NCBI GenBank assembly: GCA_964016885.1
Contig: OZ024741.1
Span: 37,820,001-37,884,000 of the forward strand
Direction of reading: 5' to 3'
Length of the DNA: 64,000 nt
Source of the DNA: Eledone cirrhosa
Taxonomy: Eukaryota
Below, piece by piece: positions 1 to 10,700 of the stretch (the first letter of the stretch is position 1; each line of letters starts with the position of its first letter). The notes below the pieces were generated by a model. It was not told the DNA's origin. It did not search any database and saw only the letters and a list, made by a program, of their open reading frames with translations. A program made the translations under genes and the position numbers.

Positions 1-131
1 CATATATACATATATATATAATCAGTTAAAACGACACTCATTTAGATCTAAACACACACACAAAATGTAAACACGACGTTCGAAAATGAAAATAAATATT
101 CTTTCACTTTCCCGAACGCCCGTCTTAACGT

Positions 132-381
<250 letters not shown>

Positions 382-659
382 AGTGTATGCGTGTGTATCG
401 TCTGAATGATCGCCTGCAAGTTACGGAGCTGGGAAGTCACGTAGACATATTCTTACCGCTTACGAATGGACTGCTGAATCAAGAAGTTGTACAATAGAAA
501 CATTATATATCTCCACTTGTCAGTCGGGTTACAATGGCTATTTTGTCTAAATGCCGTGTTTTTGTCGTCATCAACGTAGTTACTTCGACCTCTTCGTCTC
601 CTCTCTTAAACTCTCTTTTATCGCCCCCACACCCTCATATATAAATATATATTTACTCT

Positions 660-724
<65 letters not shown>

Positions 725-995
725 TCGGATCTATCTATCTATCTATCTATCTATTTATCTATTATAATCTAGCTGTCGTCTGTTCTACAGTGTGGATGTC
801 ATTCACTTCGCACAGAAGTTTTGTTCAAATTTATTGAGGAAATTTTGTGAGTTCAAACTTAATTTTGATACAATTGTGTAGCTTGACCCTCCGTCTGAAC
901 TGTCAGGCGGTGGGTCAGCTCATCTTTACCCCTCCTAGAGGTGAAAAACCTGTTTTAAAAAATTTTGTGTAAAAAATTTCAATCGTCTAACAGAA

Positions 996-2873
996 ATGTT
1001 AAACGCAGCGAACGAAAATAGTGGTGGGGGGACAGCGGTAAGAGTTGTAAGCTCGCACGCTTTAGTCCTCCCTTCCTTCCCAACTAACGTCATAGAGAAG
1101 GAAGGAAAAATGAAAATAAAAACGGACGAATCTGCGGAGAAAAAATTAAATGACGAAAACAACGAAAAAAAAAAATTTGAAAAATTGCATGACAATACTA
1201 ATAACACAAACAAAGACACAACAAACAAAAAAATAACAGTTGAAAATAACATCATATCAGAAAACAAAGCAGACGACAAGATTTCATTTGCACAGAAAAC
1301 AAAGAAATCTTTGACTTATATAGCGGAAAACATTTCAGATGTGGTACGAAGGATCACGGACGCAAAACAATACATAAGTGAAGGTGAGAATGGTATTTTA
1401 TTGGTAAAAATGCCTCAAGAATTCACGAAAGACATTGAAAGCCGAACGGTCAAGTTTCGGACCATCAACAACAGTACAAAAAAACCTGAACAGCCTTCTC
1501 AAGCAGATATCAAAACAGTACTCGCAGAAGTACTGAATGAAACAACTTTCATAAGAAAAGACAGACTGTATGGAAGCCTAGCAATTATCATGAAGAACGA
1601 ATCGGCGGCAAAAAAATGTGCTTTGTCACCGATTCGTTCGAAAAATTTCACCTTTTATCCATCTTATATGGGAAAAAAAACTCAACGCATATGGCTGGAT
1701 GCAATGATGCCAGATGTGGACTACTGCTGGCTCATAGCTGGCTTCATCGATCCAGTGAATGACAACGTGATTTCCATTGGGAAAACCACAGGCAATGCGT
1801 TCAGTGGAACAGGTATAGAGCTGGTAGTACAAATGAAGCCTGAACGCATCGCCCAAATACCCGACAGAATCCTATTAGAGGACCACGGGTATATAAACAT
1901 TAGCGTGGAGGGGAGAAGGCCGTCCTGCCATATCTGTGCAGGCAGAGGGCACCTCAAGGCCGCTTGTCCCCAACTCAACAAAAAGAAAACCCTGCTACCA
2001 ACACCAGCTCCACCACCACCACCACAACAGATAAACAAACAACAAAACTCAGTCCCACCCAACCCGTCCCTCAGTAACACCACAACACCACCACAACACA
2101 AACAGTCACAACACATTACCCCAAAACAAAATACAGGCCCACCCAACCTCTCACTCAATAAAACAACACAACCACCGCAGACACAACACACAACACAGTC
2201 TAACATAGTGACATCCATCTCCCCCACAAAGAAAACCAACACGGAAACATTACCAGCAAACATACCTCTTCCCTCCAACACTGAAGATAACCCAACGAAT
2301 TCGGAGGAAGAAACGGAGTCCTTCAGACAGATTAAAAGGAAAAAAAGAAAACATGTGCAAAACACACAAGGACAAACAACCCCCACCCAAATCGCAACAC
2401 AATCTAACAAAACAGAAAACACCCCTCCAGCAACAAACAAAACCAAACCTGCCCCTCCCCTCTTCGAAACACTCACACCATCGGAAAAAAAGACATTACA
2501 CTATACTTACATCAACAGAAACAATAATAAATTAAATGAACTCATATACAATAATCCTTCGGTACAAACCGAAGGTGTAAACTTTGTTTCATCAGAAAAC
2601 CACCCACATTTAAAACTAATAAAAATCCCAATGAACCTCTACCAAAAACTAAAAAAGGATTTTAAGGAGGACGTAGGACCACCCTCTGTCAAACCCATAA
2701 ACCGCGTCCTACTAAAAAGCTTTCCCCCTCCCCTTCCCCTCCCCAACACAACTCCAAACACCCCAACCCCACCACACACCGACGACCCCACACCACCACA
2801 AGACACCCCTTCACCCAACACCCCCGACCCCATGGAAGTCGTGCAATCCGAACCCCGGGAAGCGGAAAGGTAG
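996..2873 (+). CDS. LINE ORF1 (gag-like nucleic-acid-binding protein)
   Basis: 625-aa open frame with zinc knuckle CHICAGRGHLKAAC (CX2CX4HX4C) and a Pro/Thr/Gln-rich C-terminus; ends 33 nt before ORF2. Confidence 0.88.
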   Translation: MLNAANENSGGGTAVRVVSSHALVLPSFPTNVIEKEGKMKIKTDESAEKKLNDENNEKKKFEKLHDNTNNTNKDTTNKKITVENNIISENKADDKISFAQKTKKSLTYIAENISDVVRRITDAKQYISEGENGILLVKMPQEFTKDIESRTVKFRTINNSTKKPEQPSQADIKTVLAEVLNETTFIRKDRLYGSLAIIMKNESAAKKCALSPIRSKNFTFYPSYMGKKTQRIWLDAMMPDVDYCWLIAGFIDPVNDNVISIGKTTGNAFSGTGIELVVQMKPERIAQIPDRILLEDHGYINISVEGRRPSCHICAGRGHLKAACPQLNKKKTLLPTPAPPPPPQQINKQQNSVPPNPSLSNTTTPPQHKQSQHITPKQNTGPPNLSLNKTTQPPQTQHTTQSNIVTSISPTKKTNTETLPANIPLPSNTEDNPTNSEEETESFRQIKRKKRKHVQNTQGQTTPTQIATQSNKTENTPPATNKTKPAPPLFETLTPSEKKTLHYTYINRNNNKLNELIYNNPSVQTEGVNFVSSENHPHLKLIKIPMNLYQKLKKDFKEDVGPPSVKPINRVLLKSFPPPLPLPNTTPNTPTPPHTDDPTPPQDTPSPNTPDPMEVVQSEPREAER

Positions 2874-2906
2874 GTCTCTACACTCTCCTTTGGCTCTGCC
2901 GCCCAC

Positions 2907-5900
2907 ATGGATGTGTTAAGAGTAGGATGTTTGAATGCACGTGGCCTGGGCTCAACTTGGAAGCAAGCAAAGCTTCTAAATGACCTCAGGTCATGTAGTA
3001 TAAATGTAATGGTTATCTGTGAGACTCGAATCAGCGTCATGCGGCAGCTGGCCCCCACCTTCGATGACTTTGAGGTGCATGCATCTCTCTGTCAACCTGG
3101 AGGTGGGGGTGGGGTTGTCGTGCTGCTGCAAAAACACCTGGGTCTTGCCGTACAGGTTGTGCACTCGGACCCGGAGGGTCGTTTGTTGGTGCTAGACGTT
3201 GGCAGTAGTGAAAGTGCGGCCTTGAGACTGGTCGCCGTCTACTCCCCTTTCGGAGCTGAACGGCCCGACTTCTTCCAGCGTTTGGAGACTTTTCTGGGAA
3301 CGTCGCGTTCCCTGCTTCTAGCGGGGGATTGGAATGACATCCTGGATGCACGTTGGGACTATGCAGGAGCATGTCCTAATAGAGGGGGGTGTAACAGCCT
3401 CAAGGGGTTACTCGACCGTTTTAACTTGGTCGATAGATATCGACTAGATTTTCCAACTGTGCCTACCTGGACTTGGAGAAACCACAGTGGTCAAGCTAGA
3501 TCGTACTTAGATAGATTCTTAGTTAGAAGTAAGGATAGGGACATATTAAGCTGTTCAGAAATGCGCACGGTTGGCTACACGGATCACAAATTAGTGACCT
3601 GCGTGGTCAATCTCGAGAAAACACATAGACAGGGTCCCGGTTACTGGAAACTTAATTTGTCTTTACCGGCAAAAGAGACTTACAGAAACCGGATTAGCAG
3701 ATTAGTTAAGGAGAGGTTGACGGGTGCAATCGTCAACAACCGATGGTGGGCATCTCTCAAAAGAGAGATTAGAACAGAATCAATAAGTTATAGCAAGATG
3801 TTAGCTGCCAATAGGAATAGAAACGAGAAAGAATTAACAGGTAAATTAGAAGAGGCAATCAAGAGCGAAGATGTGGCCAGAGTGCTGGCATCGAGAACGG
3901 CCTTGAACCAGTTTTTCGATGCAAAGCATGAAGGCTGCGTCATTCGAAGTAAAATACGTGCTCTAGGTAATGAGGGGGCCAAAGCCGTTGGATGGGCCCG
4001 CGTGACAGAAGCTAAAAGTGGAAATCGATCCACCATCCGGTCGTTGCAAGACGAAGATGGACGAGTGATCCGGGAGCCTAAGCAGATGTGCGAGGCCTTT
4101 CAAAAGCACTTTGCCCGATTGTTCGGGGGAGGCGAGGGTCCGGGCCGGGGCGTGGATTTCGGTCCATACCTCGACGGCCTGCCGCGTCTCTCGAACAAAG
4201 AGGCAGAGTCCTGCGAGGGACCAATCTCGGCTGATGAGATCGGAGATGCGCTGAGCCAATGCAGCAGACGCAAATCTCCAGGTCTCGATGGTATACCTTA
4301 CGAACTTTATTTAGCAATGCCGGTCTTCTTCTCCGAACTCCTCGAAGCGGTCTACTGCAATTGGCAGCAGAACGGGAGAATTCCTTGTTCTGTAGCCAAG
4401 GGCGTAGTCACGCTGGTGAGGAAGGACGAGAACAAGGGGGATAGTATAAATAATTTTCGGCCCATAACCCTGCTAAACACAGAGTTAAAGATTTTGGCCA
4501 AGGTGTTAGCAAAGAGGTTGGCGCTTGTCGTGGGTGGCCTGGTGGGAGATGCGCAGACATGTGCTATCCCATCCAGGTCCATTCACGATAACCTCCACCT
4601 CATGCGATACATCATAGAGAGGGTTGGCAACAAACCCGGCTTCGGTGGGGCCCTGATCAACTTGGATCAGTCTAAGGCCTTCGATAGGGTCGACCATGGT
4701 TACCTGGATGCGGTGCTAGCGGCGGCTGGGTTCGGTCCTGTTTTCAGAGGCTGGATCACTGCCCTACATAGCAACCACATCTGTTCTAGGATCAAGGTGA
4801 ACGGCTACCTTTCGAAGCCGTTCGAAATCACACGATCCATTCGACAGGGGTGCCCTCTCTCCTCCCTTCTGTACGTATTGACTCTCGAGCCTTTACTGAG
4901 GAAGTTGGAGTTGTTGCAGGGTATCCCCCTGGAACCAGGATTGAGCAAAGCGGTGTCGGCCTACGCCGATGACGTAACAGTAATGGTATCAACCGACTCG
5001 GAGATCGAGGCGATCGGTACCTTACTGGAGGAGTACGAAAGGTTGTCAGGAGCGAAACTGAACCGGGAAAAATCCATCGGGCTGCAACTCGGAACGTGGA
5101 GAGGCAAACCGATGCCTCCTGACGGTGTCGTCGGACACTGGACGGAGGGCTCGGTAAAGTTGCTTGGGGTCTGGTTTGGACCGGACCTCCAGGTGGAAAA
5201 GAACTGGAACGAGGTTACGAACAAGGTGTTTGCACTAACCCAGAAATGGGCCAAGTGTAAGCTGTCCCTAAAAGGCCGGGCGGAGGTGGCGAACATTTAC
5301 ATAGCGTCCGTCACTTACTACCGCCTGACTGTCGTGCCTTGCCCTAAGGAAACACTCACCACCATGGAACGCATGCTCTTCCAATTTCTTTGGAAGAAGC
5401 GTCCTCCTATGGTGAGAAGATCCATCTGCTGCCAACAACCTTCGAAAGGAGGGCTGGGGATGCCGTGGTTGATGATGCGTAGGCACGCATTAAGGCTACG
5501 GCACCTACAGGTATTCCTCACTGGTCAACCGGTGTGGGCTCCGTTCGTGAAACGAGCCTTTCCGAGACTCGTCTCACTCACCGAGCTACAGTCCTGGGTC
5601 AAGCAAAGATCCGGAAAACTGGGAGACTGGCACACTGAGTGTGCTCAGGCGCTCAGGGCTCTCTGGCAAGCGGGCCGGGCCATCGGTGGAGAATCCACCT
5701 CATCATTCTATAGAGGGCTGGTGGCTAGCAGGGGCGATGACACCCTTGGAGAGTCGCTGGACATGGAAGAAGACGAACTGGCCAGCCTGTTCGGTAGGAC
5801 TTTCGGCCCAGGACCAATGGACAACTTCCAGAAGTCACTGGCCTGGCAGTGCTACCGAGGGGCTCTACCCGTTCGAGAGAGGCTCTACAGACACGGCCGC

Positions 5901-6344
5901 CCGGGCAGGGATCCCTCAAAAAAGATTTGCCCTAGATGCGTGCGTCACGAAGAAACCGTGGCGCACGCATTGGTGCAATGTCCGGGCGTGGCTGATCTGT
6001 GGGGCTACGCCGAACAACTGCTGTCGCGGGTGGCGCCGATTAAATTGACCGCCGAGTCCGTGATGACAATCAAACCGCCTCCCCTCTTCACAAAGGAAGC
6101 AAAGGCGGTTTTTCTGTGCGTAATAGCCATGTTGAAAGAGGTTGTTTGGTGGACACGATTGAAAGGTCTGAGGTCAGGCAACTTCCTCACTGGCCATAGT
6201 CTGGTCTACTTCTTCCGATATCACTTCGGAAGAAGGATAAGAATGGAGAGAGAGGTGCTTGGCCACAGGCAGTTTTATGAAAGGTGGGTGATAGTGGCGA
6301 GAATGGCTCGTGTAAATGGGCCTTCTCTGTATACCATCCTGTAG
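2907..6344 (+). CDS. LINE ORF2: APE endonuclease, reverse transcriptase, C-terminal zinc finger (Tx1-like)
   Basis: 1145 aa with no stops. APE motifs NARGL, CETR, VYSP, GDWN, LDRF, TDH; linker GPGYWKLN; RT motifs KSPGLDG, RPITLL, DQSKAFDRV, RQGCPLS, YADD; C-terminal CPRC...HALVQC. Confidence 0.96.
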   Translation: MDVLRVGCLNARGLGSTWKQAKLLNDLRSCSINVMVICETRISVMRQLAPTFDDFEVHASLCQPGGGGGVVVLLQKHLGLAVQVVHSDPEGRLLVLDVGSSESAALRLVAVYSPFGAERPDFFQRLETFLGTSRSLLLAGDWNDILDARWDYAGACPNRGGCNSLKGLLDRFNLVDRYRLDFPTVPTWTWRNHSGQARSYLDRFLVRSKDRDILSCSEMRTVGYTDHKLVTCVVNLEKTHRQGPGYWKLNLSLPAKETYRNRISRLVKERLTGAIVNNRWWASLKREIRTESISYSKMLAANRNRNEKELTGKLEEAIKSEDVARVLASRTALNQFFDAKHEGCVIRSKIRALGNEGAKAVGWARVTEAKSGNRSTIRSLQDEDGRVIREPKQMCEAFQKHFARLFGGGEGPGRGVDFGPYLDGLPRLSNKEAESCEGPISADEIGDALSQCSRRKSPGLDGIPYELYLAMPVFFSELLEAVYCNWQQNGRIPCSVAKGVVTLVRKDENKGDSINNFRPITLLNTELKILAKVLAKRLALVVGGLVGDAQTCAIPSRSIHDNLHLMRYIIERVGNKPGFGGALINLDQSKAFDRVDHGYLDAVLAAAGFGPVFRGWITALHSNHICSRIKVNGYLSKPFEITRSIRQGCPLSSLLYVLTLEPLLRKLELLQGIPLEPGLSKAVSAYADDVTVMVSTDSEIEAIGTLLEEYERLSGAKLNREKSIGLQLGTWRGKPMPPDGVVGHWTEGSVKLLGVWFGPDLQVEKNWNEVTNKVFALTQKWAKCKLSLKGRAEVANIYIASVTYYRLTVVPCPKETLTTMERMLFQFLWKKRPPMVRRSICCQQPSKGGLGMPWLMMRRHALRLRHLQVFLTGQPVWAPFVKRAFPRLVSLTELQSWVKQRSGKLGDWHTECAQALRALWQAGRAIGGESTSSFYRGLVASRGDDTLGESLDMEEDELASLFGRTFGPGPMDNFQKSLAWQCYRGALPVRERLYRHGRPGRDPSKKICPRCVRHEETVAHALVQCPGVADLWGYAEQLLSRVAPIKLTAESVMTIKPPPLFTKEAKAVFLCVIAMLKEVVWWTRLKGLRSGNFLTGHSLVYFFRYHFGRRIRMEREVLGHRQFYERWVIVARMARVNGPSLYTIL

Positions 6345-6558
6345 GTAAAGAAGTAAAGGAGAGGGGAGCACCTTCTCCATGTGCTCCCCGGGCAAAGGAT
6401 TGCACACTTTTTCGGGGGTGTGTGCAGCCCCCATCACGTCCCCTCCCTTTTGAGGTTATTTTCGATTTTTTTCATGTTACACCCTTTTTACTCGATTATA
6501 TGTAAACTCCCCCTTTGTATTTGTCCCTTCTTTTTATGCCTTTATGGTAAATAAAGAA

Positions 6559-6624
<66 letters not shown>

Positions 6625-6747
6625 TTATCTATATATCTATATATATATATATATACTCGCGGATCTAATATATATATATACTCTCGGATCTTATATATAT
6701 ATATATATATACACACACACTCGGATCTATCTACATATATATATATA

Positions 6748-7012
6748 TACTCTCGGATCCCACATAATAGGGGGGTTGGAATAAACGGTGGGAATGGGAT
6801 ATCGGTAATTGTATAGTGTACGTTCGTAAATATGGGATTTCTTGTAATGTTCTTTTATTGTCATATATAATGTTTTTTAATGTAAAATAAAATTATTGTT
6901 AGATTCTCCAGCTGCCGTATCAATATGAATCACTTACAATACAATTTCGCCGGAGATAGATTAGCAAAATTAATAGCAGAAGGGGAGGGGGCGATTGTTC
7001 AAGACCTGAGAG

Positions 7013-7014
<2 letters not shown>
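6748..7014. mobile_element. Short non-autonomous DNA-transposon remnant (TA-flanked, pogo/Tc1-like)
   Basis: Begins TACTCTC and ends GAGAGTA (inverted termini) between (TA)n tracts. Confidence 0.45.
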
Positions 7015-7075
<61 letters not shown>

Positions 7076-7379
7076 TATATATATGTATATAGTATATGTA
7101 TATATGTATATAGTATATGTATATATGTATATAGTATATATGTATATATGTATATAGTATATATGTATATAGTATATGTATATATATATATACATGTATA
7201 TATATATGTATATATATATATATAGTATATATATATATATATGCATGTAGTATATATATGTATATGTATATATGTGTCGACAGTCGATCGACTTTCGACA
7301 AATCGGATATAGGAAACAATGTTTCCATTGGTCTTTCCAATTGCTAATACTATCTACCAGTCGCAACTCCAGGTAGAAA

Positions 7380-7486
7380 GAGCGATGTGAAATAAAGTGT
7401 CTTGCTCATCACCCGGTCCAGGAATCGAACTCACAACCTCACGATTGCGAATCCAATTCTCTAACCACTCAGCCACGCGCCTTCAC
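7380..7486 (-). mobile_element. tRNA-derived SINE, family B (CORE-like body)
   Basis: Minus strand shows A-box GGCTGAGTGG and B-box GTTCGATTCC, then GAGCAAGACACTTTATTTCAC. Related copies lie near 16370-16515, 26480-26625, 47425-47678 and 50460-50570, with weaker ones near 15840-15970 and 36920-37165. Confidence 0.8.
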
Positions 7487-7543
7487 TAAAATATATGTAT
7501 GTGTATATATGTATGCATATATATATATATGTATGTATAAATG

Positions 7544-7578
<35 letters not shown>

Positions 7579-7703
7579 TTGTTTGTATGTATGAGTGTTG
7601 CTGTGTGCGCAAGTATGTATGCGTGTGTGTGCGCGCATATGTATGCGCGTGTGTGTATGTCGTACGTATAAGTGTCAATAAGTGAGTTTTTTTTTTTTTT
7701 TTT

Positions 7704-10700
7704 GCGCGGGGACATAGAAATAATCGGGCTGGATGCCCGATCGCGCAGTTAAACCACTGGGAGTGAAGAACCCCTAGACCTTGTCAGGGCATTCTTCTAG
7801 GAGAGGGCATCTCAGGAAACTGGGTTAACTCCGATATAAAACCTGCGGCTCAGTAGTTACCGATGATGTTGATCTTTTCTTCTTTTCAGGTTATAGCTAC
7901 TGTCGCTCAGAGAGTGGGATTGGCTCAGTGCACAGTCTTTCCTCACTTTAAAAATATTCGTCACGCACAGGCATTGCACGAGTGCATTAATAATTATTAA
8001 TAGTGTACCATTATTATTATTATTATTGTTACTATTATTATTATTATTATTATTTATTTATTTTTTTTTTTTTCAAATTCAATGATGTTCCAGAACAATA
8101 TAAAAGAGATAATTGGAAATTTAGGTTCTGGAACAAAAAAGATAATTGGCAATAAGAGCAGGGACCCCAGGTTACCACAGCCTGGGCCCGCTCGTCATCG
8201 TGCCATTGTAATAGAGCCAAACAAGGCATTTAGTCTTGGCTGCTGGAACGTACGGACGCTGCTTGACAGGGATTCCTTGGAGCGTCCTGAACGAAGGACC
8301 GCTCTTGTTGCAAAGGAGCTGTGACGTTACGATCTTGACATCGTGGCTTTATCTGAGACGAGGTTAGCTGGAGATGGTCATCTTACGGAATTTGTGGAGA
8401 ATATACATTCTTCTGGAAAGGAAGAGATGAAGGAACCAGAAGAGAGGCTGGGGTAGGATTTGCTGTTAAGACTGTTCTTGTGAATAAATTAGAAGAATTC
8501 CCAGTAGGGATTAGTGAGCGTCTTATGTCCATGAGAATTCCGCTGGACAAAGGAAGATATGCTACCCTGGTGAGTGTGTATGCTCCAACTATGAATTCTG
8601 TCGATGAAGAAAAAAGTGTCCTTTTACCATGCCTTGAAAGGTGTTTTAAGAAATATCCCTCAGGCAGACAAAGTCATCGTGCTTGGTGACTTTAATGCTA
8701 GAGTGGGTAGGGATTTTAACACATGGAATGTAATCGGAAGACATGGGGTGGGAAAGTGTAACAACAATGGTATGGTCTTTCTGCAGATGTGTGAGGAGCT
8801 GGATCTGTGTATTACCAACACCATGTTCCAACAAAAGAACAAATTCAAGACTACATGGATGCATCCTGCATCTAAGGAATTGCATCTTTTGGACTACGTC
8901 CTAGTCAGGATGCGTGACAGACAGGATGTGCAGTGTGTTCGTACTCTTCGTGGAGCTGAGTGCTGGACGGACCACCGCCTGGTACGCGCAAAAGTGAAAC
9001 TAATCACTAAACGTAAAATCCGGGCTCCTGGTGTTGCCCTGCCCAAAAGATTGAATGCTGCTCGTCTTAAGGATAAAAATGTGAAGAGTACATTGGAAGA
9101 AGAGATGCAGGCTGCAGATCTTGGTGAGGATTGGCCGACCCTTAAAAAGTCGGTTTATGATGTACGCAGGCGTGTTCTGGGATTGGTGCAGAGAAAACAT
9201 CAGGACTGGTTTAATGAGAATGATGTACATATAGAAGACTTGTTGGCTGATAATAGGCGTGCTCTGTCACGATACTTGACGGCAAAACCACAGGAGAGGA
9301 ATACGTTGCATGAGGAACTCAAGGATGTAAAATCACGTGTTAGGCGGAGTCTTTCTCAGATGAAGGATCAGTGGTGGAGTGAGAAGGCTGGTGAGATACA
9401 AACTGCGTCAGATTCCAATAACACAAAGCTGTTGTACAGTCTCTTGCGTGAGGTTTATGGACCGTCTTCTTCTCTGGTGACACCGCTTCGCAGCAAGGAT
9501 GGCAAAGAACTTCTACGTGACTCACAAGGAATTCTACGAAGGTGGCGAGAGCACTTTGATGATCTTTTGAATCAGCTGTCTGTCGTCAGTGAAGATTTCC
9601 TCAATCTCATTCCAGAGAGTCCTGTGAAAGTAGCTCTCGCAGAACCTCCGACGCTTGTGGAGGTTGCAGTGGCTATTTCGAAGCTGAACAGTGGAAGATC
9701 TCCAGGTATGGATGGCATACATGCTGAGCTCCTACAATATGGTGGTGAGAGACTCCTGCAACATCTTCACTCTTTGTTTGGCAGGATATGGGCTAATGAA
9801 TCCGTACCTGAGGACTGGAGAGATGCAGTAATGGTGGTCTTGTACAAGGGAAAGGGTAACAGGAATGATTGTGGGAACTACAGAGGTATATCATTGCTTT
9901 CTGTCGTAGGGAAAGTTTTATGTAGGGTGCATCTGGACCGTCTGCTGACACACATTGCAGATTGTGTTCTTCCTGAAAGTCAATCTGGTTTTCGTGCTGG
10001 ACGCGGCACTACTGATATGATCTTCTCAGCTAGACAGCTCCAGGAGAAGTGCATGGAACAAGGCTTGGATCTGTATCAGGTTTTTGTCGATCTGACAAAA
10101 GCTTTCGATACTGTTAACAGAGATGCATTATGAAAGGTTCTCCAGAAACTTGGCTGCCCTGATAAGTTCCTTGCTTTAGTTAGGTCTTTCCATGACGACA
10201 TGAAGGCTTCGGTTGATGTCGGAGGTAATATGTCGGAGCCTATCTCAGTAAAAAATGGAGTGAAACAGGGGCATATTCCAGCACCGACCCTGTTTGCCAT
10301 ATACTTTGCAATGGTTTTCTGTATTGCATTCAGGAATTGCGAGCATGGTGTTTACATCCGATATCGAACCTCAGGCAGCATATTTAACACCAGGCGCTTT
10401 GCTGCAAAGACAAAAGTATTTACATTAATCATAAGAGACCTCTTGTATGCAGATGATTGCGATCTTGTAGCGCACACAGAGAGTGATATGCAGCACATTT
10501 TGAATGCATTTTCTGACGCTTGCACTGCCCTAGGATTGACTGTCAGTCTCAAGAAAATCGTCGTCATGTACCAACCTGCCCCTGGTAAACAGTACACTGA
10601 ACCAAATATTTATGTGTATGGTAAACGACTTGGAGTGGTTGATCAGTTTGTCTACCTGGGAAGCACTGTCAATCGATACAGCAACCTTGACAGTGAAATC

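Larger units (their letters stand above)
767..6630 (+). mobile_element. Full-length two-ORF non-LTR retrotransposon, L1/Tx1 group
   Basis: About 230-nt 5' UTR, ORF1 with a CCHC knuckle, ORF2 with APE+RT+zinc finger, about 210-nt 3' UTR with AATAAA, then a (CTAT)n tail. CTATCTATTTATCTAT occurs on both flanks. Confidence 0.93.

Noticed and set aside
457-503. Possible minus-strand first coding exon (ATGTTTCTA...AAGCG|GTAAGA)
   Set aside because: Only 15 codons and a donor-like site; no homology or downstream exon is visible, so it cannot be supported without transcript data.
935-6437. Antisense and alternate-frame ORFs over the LINE ORFs (also over 8600-11300 and 27700-30200)
   Set aside because: Shadow frames of the real LINE coding strand with no recognisable motifs.
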